A stretch of 64,000 nucleotides of DNA, from the NCBI GenBank assembly GCA_025558095.1, contig JAIVFI010000005.1, positions 186,001 to 250,000 of the forward strand, in the 5' to 3' direction. The stretch is from Hyaloraphidium curvatum SAG 235-1 (lineage: Eukaryota; Fungi; Monoblepharomycota). Positions within the stretch are counted from its first letter, which is position 1, and each line of letters begins with the position of its first letter. Shown here piece by piece: positions 21,010 to 32,483 of this stretch. Under the pieces are notes generated by a model. The model made no database searches, had not been told where the DNA came from, and saw nothing but the letters and a program-made list of their open reading frames with translations. Position numbers and translations under genes: made by a program.

Positions 21010-22518
21010 CTAATCCTCGTCTTGCGTGAGATCAATGACCTCCACTGGCCCAGATCGATTCCTCCAGTTCTGCGAAGCGTCCGTTTGCGGCCCATGAGCA
21101 GCCTTTGCTCCCCACGCTGCCCATGGGTCCACCACCGTGCGGCGCTTCCTGACCGGCACGGCTACGGTGCGCTCCGGGCTGCGTCGAACCTGTGCATCCG
21201 GGAAGCCCCTCGGCCGATCCTGAGAATCGCGGCGATCCGGGCGCCACGGCTCGGAAGGACCGGGTGGCCGCGCATAGGGAATTGGGCTCCGAGATCGAGC
21301 ACGGGGCGGTGGAGCACGGGGCGGCGGAGATCGAGGTTGAGGAGGCGGAGATCGACCTCGAAAGCCCGTCGGTTGATCCCGAGAATCGCGGCGTTCCGGG
21401 TGCCACGGCTCAGGAAGACCGGGTCGAGGAACACCGGGGATCGGGCTCCGAGAGCGACCTCGAGGCGGCGGCAATCGAAGTCGAGAAGGCGGAGATCGAG
21501 CTCGGGGAAGAGGAGATGGAGCTCGCAGCGGCGGAGATCGAGCTCGGGGTGGCGGGGAGTAAACGTATCGTCCGCGCGGGGGAGATGGGTATCTTTGGCG
21601 GCGAGGAGAGCCAGGTTGTGGAAGCGGCGACTGCATGCGCCCAGGAGGCGGAGCCCAAGCTTGCGCACGAGGAAACCGATCGACCTCAGGAGTACGTACC
21701 CTGGGAAGCCACTGTTGGGGTTGCGGCGATTGGAACCTCCGAGGTGAAGGAGAGGCCAGTCGTAGGCGGGACTCCGGCGGTCGATAAGGTGAAGGCGTCG
21801 GAAGCGGCGGCGCAGCGAACCGATCCGGCGGAGGAGAAGGCGGCTTCGGAGGCCGCGGGCCCATCCACAAGTCGTCGTCCGCACGGCGTGGTCCATCGTC
21901 ATGTTCCAAGCGGTTGTTGCTGGGACGATCCGGGAAGCTTCTCGCAAAGTTGAAAGGTTGGCTGCTCGGCGGCGAAATTGACTCCGGTGACAAGTACATG
22001 CGATCGCTCAAGATGGGCAATTCAGACCGACGGAAGTCGTTCGGCGGCATGATTGGTGGCGGACGCTGCGTTCTCGGCGCGTCTCGATTCCAGCCTTCGA
22101 GGGGAGTCGACGGCGGGGAAGGCCCGGCGAACCGTGCATCTTCTTGACGACAAGGAGGCGACAGAGACCGATCCCGACGAAAGTGCCGCGTGTCTGCAAC
22201 ATCGATGTTCCGTGGCATGCGGCCGTAGTCGAAGCGCGGCGCTTCGTGGTGCTGTTGACTTGGAAAAGCCGCATGGTGTTCTCTCGGAGCTTCCCTCATA
22301 CGAATTCGAGATGGTCCGAGCTGGACGGCGTTCGACCCGGTCAGACGACCCGCATTGGAACCCCATGAATCCGGCTCGATGAATCTACGCCCCTCCGTGC
22401 TCTGAACTGGTCGGTCCGCGTTGATGTTGTCAAAGCCCCTCAGGCGTCCCCGCGGCGGCGGCGTCCGTCCCAACACGTTCCGATTGTCGTGAAAAGGTCC
22501 GTCGGAGAAAATAGTCAT
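21010..22518 (-). CDS. Pro/Arg/Ser-rich low-complexity protein with RS/SP repeats and C-terminal SUMO-interacting motif
   Basis: 502-aa ORF with RSRSP/RSPP repeats, ending PVEVIDLTQDED. A plausible acceptor (ccgcag) just upstream suggests a further 5' exon. Confidence 0.65.
   Translation of the reverse strand: MTIFSDGPFHDNRNVLGRTPPPRGRLRGFDNINADRPVQSTEGRRFIEPDSWGSNAGRLTGSNAVQLGPSRIRMREAPREHHAAFPSQQHHEAPRFDYGRMPRNIDVADTRHFRRDRSLSPPCRQEDARFAGPSPPSTPLEGWNRDAPRTQRPPPIMPPNDFRRSELPILSDRMYLSPESISPPSSQPFNFARSFPDRPSNNRLEHDDGPRRADDDLWMGPRPPKPPSPPPDRFAAPPLPTPSPYRPPESRLRLASPSPRRFQSPQPQQWLPRVRTPEVDRFPRAQAWAPPPGRMQSPLPQPGSPRRQRYPSPPRGRYVYSPPPRARSPPLRAPSPLPRARSPPSRLRLPPPRGRSRSPIPGVPRPGLPEPWHPERRDSRDQPTGFRGRSPPPQPRSPPPRAPPPRARSRSPIPYARPPGPSEPWRPDRRDSQDRPRGFPDAQVRRSPERTVAVPVRKRRTVVDPWAAWGAKAAHGPQTDASQNWRNRSGPVEVIDLTQDED
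21211..21470. repeat. internal tandem duplication, period about 159 bp (53 aa)
   Basis: gagaatcgcggcg..ccggg.gccacggctc.g occurs at 21222 and 21381. Protein copies are RSRSPIPGVPRPGLPEPWHPERRDSRDQP and RSRSPIPYARPPGPSEPWRPDRRDSQDRP. Confidence 0.75.
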
Positions 22519-23074
22519 CGCGATAGAGGAACTGACGGGAGGCAGGAATGTTGGCGATGATTCCGAGTCGACCTGCGGACCGACACGTCACATCAACAAA
22601 CGACGCGTGCTTCGTGCCGCCATCGCGTCGAAACTGCGGCGGAATCCGCGATGCCGAACCGAGGACCCCTCATCCTGTCCATCGATGAGGCGGAGTACCT
22701 GCTGGATCAACTGCCACCGCCTGACAGTGACACATTCAACGACCCGAATGACATTGCGAACAAGGTCCTTGAACAAACTTGGAGTCCGTTGCGCAACCCT
22801 CGTTAACGCTCTCTACAGGTGCGATTGCGGCTACAAGAATTCCTGAAGGAGCTTAGGAGTGGCGCGGAAGGTTTGTTGTCTCCCCTTCTTCCGCCGTCTC
22901 GTCGTGCTCTGATCCTCGGTCACGTTATAGGAGCGGCAGCGAAGGGACCTGCGTCGTAAAAGGCTCTAATGCTTAGAGATTCACGCGACTAGGTATTCTT
23001 TTTCATGGTATACTGTTGATGATGGGTATCGAGATTCCGTGACAAAGCCTCCCCAAGTCTCCCGTCCAGCGGCC

Positions 23075-23697
23075 TCAATGTGCTCCTTCTCCCCAGAAGG
23101 CGCGTATCGGTTCGGCTTTGACCTTAGGCCAATCAATAGTAGCGTCCTTTTCGGTATCCAGCTGTCCAATTGTCGCGCTGAATTGGAAGAACGTTGAAGA
23201 CGTCGCGGAAGCCAGAAAGCCGCCACAAGAAGTCGAATCATCCAAATGCGCCAATGAAGGAGCAGTGAAGCGGCCCAAATGCCAAGAAACGGTGAGAACT
23301 CTTCCGGAAACGCAGCATGGAGACGAAACCCACACGTTCTCTCCCCTCACGATGTAGAGACCCAACGGCACCGTTTCCACGCCCTCCGATTTGCTGAAAA
23401 CGCGCTCCTCCGTGTCCGCGAGGATAATATTCAGCTTCTGGTCGAAGCCTTTCAACAAGCCCTGCCGGTCAGATGCGCAGCACGCGCCCCCGTCGTCAAT
23501 CCCAAGATCCAGGGCGTGCACTCCGAAAGACGTCCTACCACGATGAATCTCCCGTCCACCGTTAGGACTGCTACTTGTTCTGCGGCACCGGGACGCGTCC
23601 AGCCGACAACGCGTGGAAAGACTCCCGTCAGGATCCGTGGAGGCAATCGCGGCCTCCACTACACCGCACCATTCACGAAGGACTGTAGCGAGTCCAT
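23075..23697 (-). CDS. LSM8: U6 snRNA-associated Sm-like protein LSm8
   Basis: Four exons splice to MDSLQSFVNEQVAVLTVDGRFIVGLLKGFDQKLNIILADTEERVFSKSEGVETVPLGLYIVRGENVATIGQLDTEKDATIDWPKVKAEPI. Confidence 0.93.
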
Positions 23698-24237
23698 CGC
23701 GGCCGCGTTTGGCGCGCAGCGGCCGGTGCCCGGGGGAATGAGGCGCGGCGTTTTGCCGCAGCGCGAAAGTGCGGCGCGCTCCGCCCCGCGCGGTGGACCC
23801 CAACGCAAGTCCACTTCGAATCAAAGCCCCGATAGCGGTCTGCGCCGCCGGGCAACTCCTCGCATTGCCGTCGACCATCAATGACCCTGAGTGTCGGCGC
23901 CTGAGCTTGTTGCCCCGGCCGCCAGACGGCGTCCACGCTGGAGGGGCCCTCCGAGAACCAAACATCGAAACAGCACCTCCGCGCCCGCTCCGCATCACCC
24001 ATCGCGACTCCGAGGGAGCCTCGGCCGCCAGTTAGATACTCGGAGGACCTCGTTCGCCTCCCCGCAGGCCTTCCCGAGCCCTCGCCGACCCGGACGACCC
24101 CGCCTGTCACCCCGAGGTGGTCAGACTTTGCGCACCCCTCCTACGTCGACGACGCATCGCTCGCCGCACTTGCCGGTGCTGGAGCTTCCGGAAGCCTCAA
24201 ATCCTCCCGCAAAGTCGTCACCTTTGGAACGGTTGAC

Positions 24238-26271
24238 ATGATGGGTCCGTCGTCGCCCACATCCCCCGGTATGCCCGGCGCTGAACCCCAAGTGGTGGTG
24301 AGCATTGTGCCCGGAACTGGAAAGCACATCAGCTGACACGGTACCGCAGAAGAGCAAGAAGAAATCCAATGCTGTTTCGGACGAAGTTCCTACCTCCCCG
24401 CTTTCGGCCGCCGCGGCAGCCGCATCGCTCGAGTCGGGCACCCTCAAAGCGGGGTCGGTTCCGATGGACGATGCTTCTGGGGCCTCGAAACCCGACCGCT
24501 ACTCCCGAAAGACTCTCATGTGGTTTGGTGCTGGCGCCTTGCTCGCTTGCGCCATCGGCGCCACCCTCGGCGTCGTCTTTGGCGTCGTTCTGCCCCAGCA
24601 GTCCGCGAGGAGCACCACCTCCACGCCGACGCCGATCGTCGAGGTCACTCCTACGAACACTGCCCTGCCCAGCGCCACCTCGGCGTCGAGCGAACTGCCA
24701 GCTGCCACCACGACGTCCGTGGGAACGCAGACTGCCGTAGGAACGCAGACTGCGGTGCCCACGGCCGTTCTGCCGGCGCTGAACGCCTGCTCCAACAACT
24801 CCTTCATCAACGGCTCGTTGCTAGGAGCCGCTGGAGCGAGGTCTCTCAACCGCCTTGAGCCGCCAGCCGACGGCAGGCCGATGATGGGCTTCTCGATCGA
24901 GTGGGGAGAAGACTACCCTCTGAACTTGACAAACAGGCTCAATGGACGCGCACCGTCGATCGTCGGTGGCTTTGCTCACCTGCGGAATGCAACCTACTGG
25001 GAGCAGAACATCATCGATTGGTGAGGGGCGCCACGGTCGTGTGACACCATCGCACGTGCTTACCTTAGATCCGTCAGGTACGCATGGCAGGTTGCGGAAG
25101 GCACTGTTGCGAACCACGACGAGTCACACAGTGGCAATGACTACGTCGGCGCTTCAAACCCGCCGGCCATTTTGTTGGTTGCCCTCATGCCCCACTTCTC
25201 CATGGACCAGCTGTCGCAAGCTACTGCGGATGGGATTGCGGAGCACTTTGCACGCATCAACCATGACCGCGGGGTGCCGATCATGCTGAGATTAGGCCAC
25301 GAGATGAACGGAAGTGAGCTCAAGTCTGATCCGGCCTCCTGGTCTAGCCTGACTCGCGACCCGCAGACTGGAACCCATACTCGCAGCGTCCCCTCGGCTA
25401 CGTGCAGGGCTTCCGGCGTCTGGCAACGGCAATACGCAGGAAGACGAACCTGACAGCAATGGTCTGGGCACCCAACTTCGGATCCGGCTACCCTTACGGC
25501 TCGCCCAACACGTTCACACCGGCGGAGTTCTCGGCCGAGTGGAACGCCACGGACACCAACCGCGACGGCAAGCTGGACGGCAAAGACGATCCCTACACGC
25601 CCTACTGGCCCGGAGCAGAATACGTGGACTGGGTCGGCATGTCGGCGTATTGGCTAAGCTACAGCTGGCCCATGGGCACCAACGAGCTGACTCCGCGGGG
25701 CTACCTGGAGAGCATCGTCAACGGCACCAACGAAGAGGCAATTCGGCACAGCCAGCCGCCGTGGGACATCTACGACAGTTAGTTGAGCCGTCTCGTTACT
25801 TGCCCGTTGCGTCTCACCATGCCCTCGATAGTGTTCTGCAAGCGCTACAACAAGCCCTTCATCCTCCCCGAATCCGGTGCTGCCTTTTACCTGAACAAGA
25901 ACGACCACCGGGACGAGGTCACCGGGGCGCTTGACCCCTATGTCGCGCCTCCGGGCCCGGGCGAGTTGGCGCTGAAGCGATCGTGGTGGCGTCAAGCCTG
26001 GAACAGGGACAACATTGCAAGGTGGCCCCTGCTCAAGGCCATCGTCAACTTTGAGGAGCTGAAGATTGACGAGCGGGTGAGATCGGCCATGGCGGTTCGA
26101 ATCGTGGTGGATTACTGATCCTTCGCTCAGGGCAACACCTCGTACCTGTTCACGTTCAACAGCACGATCAAGAACGCTTTCTTGGCGGACCTGAACGCCA
26201 GCCGCGTGGACGCCATCTGGGCAGATGATCTCCGCGGCTTTGACTGCAGCGGTCGCATCGACCTCAATTGA
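24238..26271 (+). CDS. GH26 family glycoside hydrolase, type II membrane-anchored, Thr-rich stalk
   Basis: TM segment WFGAGALLACAIGATLGVVFGVVL. RLGHEMNG/NWNPY (acid/base Glu), MVWAPN, DDPYTPYWPGAEYVDWVGMS and KPFILPESGA (nucleophile Glu). Several GT-AG introns. Confidence 0.85.
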
Positions 26272-26457
26272 TTCCCTCTGATTTTGATCTGCATTCGAGC
26301 GATATCCATCTATTGATGATGTAGCAATTCTGAACACTACACTCCATTCCAACTTTGGCTTGGCTTCAAGGCGTTCAGGTCCTTTCCGTGTTGGACGAGT
26401 CGATCAGCCCCAGTGATCTTGCGCACTCTCACGAAAGGAGAACCCCCAGTGGCCACA

Positions 26458-29400
26458 ATGGGCTCGGTTGCGCCGGGTCCTCCGGCAGATGGGCCGCCTA
26501 AAGTGCCGCCCATTGTCACCAACCCGCCCTCCGGGTTCCTCTACTGCCCATCGCCGCTCTGGAACTCCCAGACACTTGGAGGACTATCGCCCTGCTTCCT
26601 CATCACGACCTTCCCTGTTCTCCTACTTCTGGCGACGATTCTAATCGCATTTCTGCCGTACTTTGCGCGAATTCTGTTCCGGAGAGACCTGCGTGGTCAG
26701 TATCAGGCCTTGGAAGACGATGGAGGAGCCTCGGACGAGAACGGCCGCGGAGCTGGCAACGGACGCGTTCAAATCACGGCTACGACGGCAGAGGGCGTGA
26801 CCGTGTTGCCACATGCCCCGGAGGCGGCGACGGCCGTGGAGATTGGCGCCGCAGCTCCGTCAGCGCGGTTCCCGATCCCGGTTGCACCCGTGCCCCTGTT
26901 CCTGACCATCGTTCAATACTGCCTCCTCACGATCCTTGCGATTTCCCTCTTTGAGGCTCTCTACCTCGCCCAGCATGTCTTTGTGCCCGACGCCAGCAAA
27001 CCTGGCCCGATCCTGCGCTGGACCTTGACGCCCGTGTGGACCGTTGTGCCGTGGATGGTCACGGTGTTGATCTGGACCGTCGTCTACGCGATTTGGGCCA
27101 TTGACTTCGAGGAGGACGTCGCGGTCACTACCGGATCGGTCACTGAAAAGAACCGCATCGTCGTTCCGAAGTACAAGTTCCGCTGGAGGTACCAGGGCAT
27201 CCACGTCATCTTCTTTGTGGCTGCGCTCGTGGAACTTTACCACCGGGCGCAGTGGGTCTCGCGGATGGACGGGATTCATGGCGTCTTTACTGGCACCTGG
27301 CGCGGAGAGCGCATGAAGGAGCTTTGGGGTGGCGTGTTGACCGCGATGGGCAAGCTCGGCTTCGGCAATATCCAACTGGGCGATTCCGCTTCGTGGATGG
27401 CCCTGGCTCCAACGACGAAAATGAAAGATGGAGGTGACATGGAAGGGATGGGAGGCTGGACCGCAGTTGCTGGTGAGGACTGGAGGTGGGCACTTCTTGA
27501 TCCGCCACTTCCTTTTCCTAACCTTTTGACCGCAGCTTCCTCGTCACATTCGGAGTCCGATTTGTGCTTCTTCTGACGGTCTTGGTGCTCGAGTTTTCGG
27601 CCGTTTACGTTTGCCAATACCTGAAGCCGGGGGATCCGGATGCCGCAGTTTCCGAAGACGACGACGACCTCCTTGACGACGCAGGAGCGAAAGCGCTGAA
27701 GGAAGTGAAGGAGCAGATGGCAAAGGCACCCCAAACATGGGACGACTTTATCCAGAGGTTCCGCAAAGTGCTCCGTTTCGCGTGGCCCGATCGGTGGGCA
27801 GGAAGGGCATCGCTCATTGGATGTTTCATTCTGCTGGTGCTCGGCCGCATCGTGAACGTCAACGTGCCTCTGACCTACAAGAGAGTGGTTGACGATCTCA
27901 CGAATCCGACAAGCACAACTCTCCCCTATCGTTCGCTCTTCCTCTTTGCTGGGCTCAAGATCCTCCAAGGGGGTTTATTGGATGGTGCGTAGTCGTGTCC
28001 GATGATTTCGCTGCTGTCCTGACTCGTGCCTTCCTCAGCGATGTCGGGTCTCCTCTGGGTTCCCGTAGCTCAGCACATCACAAAGGACGTGTCGGTCAAG
28101 CTGTTTCAGCACCTCATGTCACTAAGCATCCGGTGGCACATGCTGCGAAAGACAGGCGAGACGATTAAGATCCAAAGCCGCGGTGTGACGTCGATTGTCG
28201 ACATTCTCAATGCATGGTGGGTTGTTGGCCTCATTGCTTGGCTCCCTGATTGACGCGCCGTTGATTTGCATCTCAAGCCTGCTTCAAGTGGCGCCTATAT
28301 TCCTGGACATTGGCCTTGCTTGCACCTATTTCAGCACGCAGTTCGACAGCATGTTCTCCCTCATCGTGTTCTCGACCATGATCATCTACATCTTCGCGTC
28401 GTTCAAGCTGACCCAGCTGCGGGTGCGCCACCGGAAGGCTTCGAATCAGCTCGAGAACAAGGTTTCCGGCAAAGCTGTCGATGCTCTCGTCAATTTTGAG
28501 TCGGTGAAGTACTTTGCCAACGAACGATTCGAGGCCAAGGAATACGCGACGGCTTTCGATAACTATCAAGCCATGGAATGGCAGGTCAGCATCATGAACA
28601 GCATAGCAAATGTGATTCAGGTTATGATTATCCAACTCGGCATGCTGATTGGCGCCATCGAGGTGGGTCGCGCCAAGTTTCCATGCCGGATGGACAGACC
28701 AATGCCTCGGATGGCAGTGCGCGAGGCGCATCGTCGAATACAGAACGTACACCGTCGGGGACTTCGTATTATTGCGAGTTTGCCTTGCCTCTTTGCGTTG
28801 GTTTCAAGCTTGTTGACGTTCCCCTTTAGCTTGACGTACGTCGGCCAGCTCTACGGCCCGCTGGGACAGTTGCAGCGCCAGTACCGGACGCTTCAGGTCT
28901 GGCAGTGCAACGTTGCGATATGTGCATGCACTTACCGAGCGATGAGCAGAGGGCCATGATTGATCTCGAGAGCATGCTGGAACTTTTCGAGACGGTTCCC
29001 GAGGTTCAAGACAAGCCCAACGCGGTTGCACTGAGTTGTCCCGCTGGACAGATCGATTTCGACCACATCACGTTTGCCTACGACGCCGGAAAGACGCCGG
29101 TGATAAAGGACTTCGACGCTCATGTGCAAGCTGGCCATACCGTTGCTCTCGTGGGAACGAGCGGTGGCGGCAAGAGCACCACGCTGCGTCTCCTTTACCG
29201 CTTCATGGACGTTACCGGAGGGGCGATCCGTGTGGATGGGCAGGACATCCGCGACGTGACGCAGGACTCCCTGCGCAAAGTTATCGGCGTGGTGCCGCAG
29301 GACACGGCGCTTTTTAACAACACCATCCGCTACAACATCCGCTACGGAAGGCTGGACGCCACGGACCAGGAGGTGGAGGAAGCCGCGAAAGCCGCGCAGA

Positions 29401-29991
29401 TCTACGACCGCGTCATGAGCTTCGAGCTCGGGTTCGATACGATCGTAGGGGAGCGCGGGTTGCGTTTGAGCGGAGGCGAGAAGTAAGCTGCTTTCGACGT
29501 TTCCTTTCCGAGCTATTGCTTATCGCTCTTCCAAAGACAAAGGATCGCGATTGCTCGGACGATCCTGCGGCGGCCCAAGATCTTGTTCTTGGACGAGGCC
29601 ACCAGCGCGCTTGACACTCAAACAGAAAAAGGTCCGTCCCGAGCCGCGGATGATGCTTCGTTTTCCAACACCCGCTCCTACAGCCATCCAGGAACAGCTC
29701 AACCAGCTCAGCGCCGGCAAGACGACCCTTACGATCGCGCACCGCCTTTCTACCGTGATCAACTCGGACATGATCCTGGTGCTCGACCAGGGCCGCATCA
29801 TCGAGCGCGGATCCTTCGACGAGCTGCTGGCGCTCAACGGCATCTTTGCCGGGATGTGGCAGGCCCAGCTCCGGGATCCGCTGGAGGACAAGCAGCCAAA
29901 GAGGGACAGGAGCGCCGATCCGACGCCTGGACTGCGGAGTGGCAGGGGCGTGAGCCTGCGGCGGGATGGGGACAGCGAGTTGGACGACTAG
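26458..29991 (+). CDS. HMT1: ABCB6/HMT1-type half ABC transporter with N-terminal membrane extension
   Basis: N-terminal TM extension. [40 protein letters not shown], Walker [16 protein letters not shown], signature LSGGEK and [16 protein letters not shown]. Multi-exon. Confidence 0.9.
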
Positions 29992-30027
29992 CTGTGTTTA
30001 GCTTTGTCTTTTGGGACAGTGTTCCGC

Positions 30028-31386
30028 CTAGGCCAGCGGGGCGTCGCCCGAGTTCTGGCGGATGTTCTCCATTTCGCCAGCATAGAAGCCGCAGATGTGC
30101 TCCCACGCTTCGCGAGCCGTGTCCACCATGACGAAAAGCTTCAAATCGCTTGGCGCGATGACGCCATTATCTGCCAGGAAGGTGAAGTTGACCGCGCTCT
30201 GCCACCAGTCCTTGCCCAGGAGGACGATCGGAATCCGCGCCATCTTGCCCGTCTGCACCAGCGTGAGGCATTCGAAAAGTTCGTCCTGGAAGCGAACACG
30301 CGTCAGAAAAAGAGCGTCGCCGGCAGCCGCAATGTGCCCACAAAAGTGCCAAAGCCACCTGGGCACGCGACCAGCGCCTTTGCCCGCAAGAGGAAGTGCA
30401 TCTTGCGGATCGCGAAATAGTGGTGGCTGAAGCACAGCTCCGGCGTCACATATGGGTTGGGATGTTGCTCGTGCGGGAGCGTGATGTTCAAGCCGATGCT
30501 CTCGCATTTTGCGTCGTAGGCCCCCCTATTGGCCGCCTCCATGATCCCCGGGCCGCCGCCGGTACACACGACGAGGCGGAACCCGTCCGAGTGCTGCGCG
30601 ACGAGCTTGCCCAGCAGCCTGGCCTCGTCGTAGTGCCGGGAAAGGGGCAGCAGCTTCCTCGCCGTCTCGAGGGCCGCGACGGCTTTGTCGTCCCCGGCGG
30701 CGACCATCGCGCCGAGCTCCTCTATCCGCGCCTCGATCTCGGCCAAAGGCCGGATCCGAGCAGAGCCGAAAACCACCACCGTGGATTCGATCCCGCGGGA
30801 CTGCATCACCGATTCCACTTTTGTGTACTCGAGACCCAACCGCATTGGGCGGACCTCGTCCGAGGTCATGAAGTCGTTGTCGTGCCATGCGATCTTGTAG
30901 GTCGACGACTTTTCCTGGGCCGTCAGAGGTTTTGCGGCGGGAAGGGCGGGCTCGGCGACGACCGCCTTCGAGGGGGCAGTCTCGGCGGCTTCGGGAAGCG
31001 GGGGCGTGATCGGGGGGGTGGCGGGAATCACCGGGTACTGAGGGAGACACCGTGTCACACGCGCGACCGACCGGAACACGAATCCGGCGCACCTCTTCCG
31101 CCGTGTGCAAGAAGTTCCTGTGCCCCTTCATCTTGTCGATTACGATTTTGACGATGTTCGAGAGGCTGACGGCCCTCCTCGGCTCCCCGTCCGCGTCGAG
31201 CCATCGCCGCGAAAGCGTTCGGCCGCGGCGGTCCCCCTCGCGCGACTGGCTGCGGTCCCCCTGGCGCGACAGCGACAGGCGGCCCAGCGTAGACGTGTGG
31301 GGTTCCGAATGCCCGTTGTTGGAGGAGGCGGAGGAGGCGGAGCTGAAAGAGGAGGAGGCGTCCGGCTTGGGGACGGCGAGGTCCAT
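30028..31386 (-). CDS. LOG-family (TIGR00730, type II) nucleotide phosphoribohydrolase with Ser/Arg-rich N-terminal extension
   Basis: [63 protein letters not shown] and PGGFGT/DELFE..TLVQTGK. Introns at about 31035-31088 and 30287-30343. Confidence 0.88.
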
Positions 31387-31611
31387 CGCGGCGGCAGCGG
31401 GCCGGGAGGGCGCGGGGAGCAAAGTCCGGGCTTCAAAGACGTGGTTTCCCGCGTTTCCGCTCCGATTCGCTTCGGCGCGGTGTTTCGGGATGGGGAGCTG
31501 CGAACACCGCCGGCGCGTTGTCAATGTGCATGCCGCCGCGCGGGCCGGCGATCACAGAAGGGACCGAGAGCCGCCACTTTTCAAAACGAGGACACGAGGG
31601 ACACGTCCAGG

Positions 31612-32327
31612 ATGGCAGACGGTAGGCACTCTCCCTCCTTCTTTCCCCCCGGCACGTCATTCATTCGACGCGCCCCGCCGCTCCGCGCCCACCCCATGCC
31701 CTTGCCGCGCCGCCGATAAGTGAACGTCCCCGCGGTGGCTTGGAAGGCCGTCAACGTCGCCTGCGCGGCCTTTGTCCTCGTCTCGGCCATCTTCTGGATG
31801 ATCTCGGGCGGATTCAGGGGCGTCGTGCTCGGCATCTTCGAGATGTGGGTCCCCGCGCCGCCGGACGCCCTCGCTGCTGGATGACGCGTCGCCGGTCGCG
31901 CTCGCGAAACAGCCTCCTGTCGGGCCTGCTCATCTTCCTGGAGTTCAAGGCCTTCGAGCCCGTCTCGAAATGGGCGCCCTTCCTCTTCATCCCCTTCGGC
32001 CGCGGCCTCGTGATGTTCCTGATGGGCATCCTCGTGCTCGACTCGGCGTGGTGGCTCTACAGTACGTCCCCTCCCGCGTTTCTCCGCCTTTGTTCGCCCT
32101 CCGACCCCCACCCAGTCCTCACCCTGGTCCTCAACACCCTCGTGGGGATCTACTACATGGTCGCGCAGTTCGTCCCGCAGCTCCCGCAGCCCGTGCTCTC
32201 GGCGGGCATGTCCGGCCTCGTGGGCGGCGGCGACGCGAACGAGGGCAAGCTGCCGTACGGGGACATCGAGCAGCAGGGCGGGTTCGCGGGGTACGGGGCG
32301 CCGGGGGGCTCCGTGGGGCAGGAGTGA
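31612..32327 (+). CDS. COPI-associated/Tvp15-like Golgi membrane protein
   Basis: Four exons splice to MADVNVPAVAWKAVNV..GVVLGIFE..LLIFLEF..KWAPFLFIPFGRGLVMFLMGILVL..LVGIYYMVAQFVP, matching the FL...GRG family pattern. Confidence 0.75.
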
Positions 32328-32483
32328 TGGGCAGGGGGACTGACTTGACTCAGGATCATCGTGATGACAAGCTCTACACGTAATGCCGGGAATGCTATTC
32401 AGAAGCGTGACAAAGATGGCCCGAGGATTGGTGGCGGGGCGGGCTGTCCCCTTGGAAGAATCGTCGGGCGGACCGATCGCGCC

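Noticed and set aside
24719-24754. 18-bp tandem repeat (VGTQTA x2)
   Set aside because: It is ordinary slippage within a Thr-rich linker.
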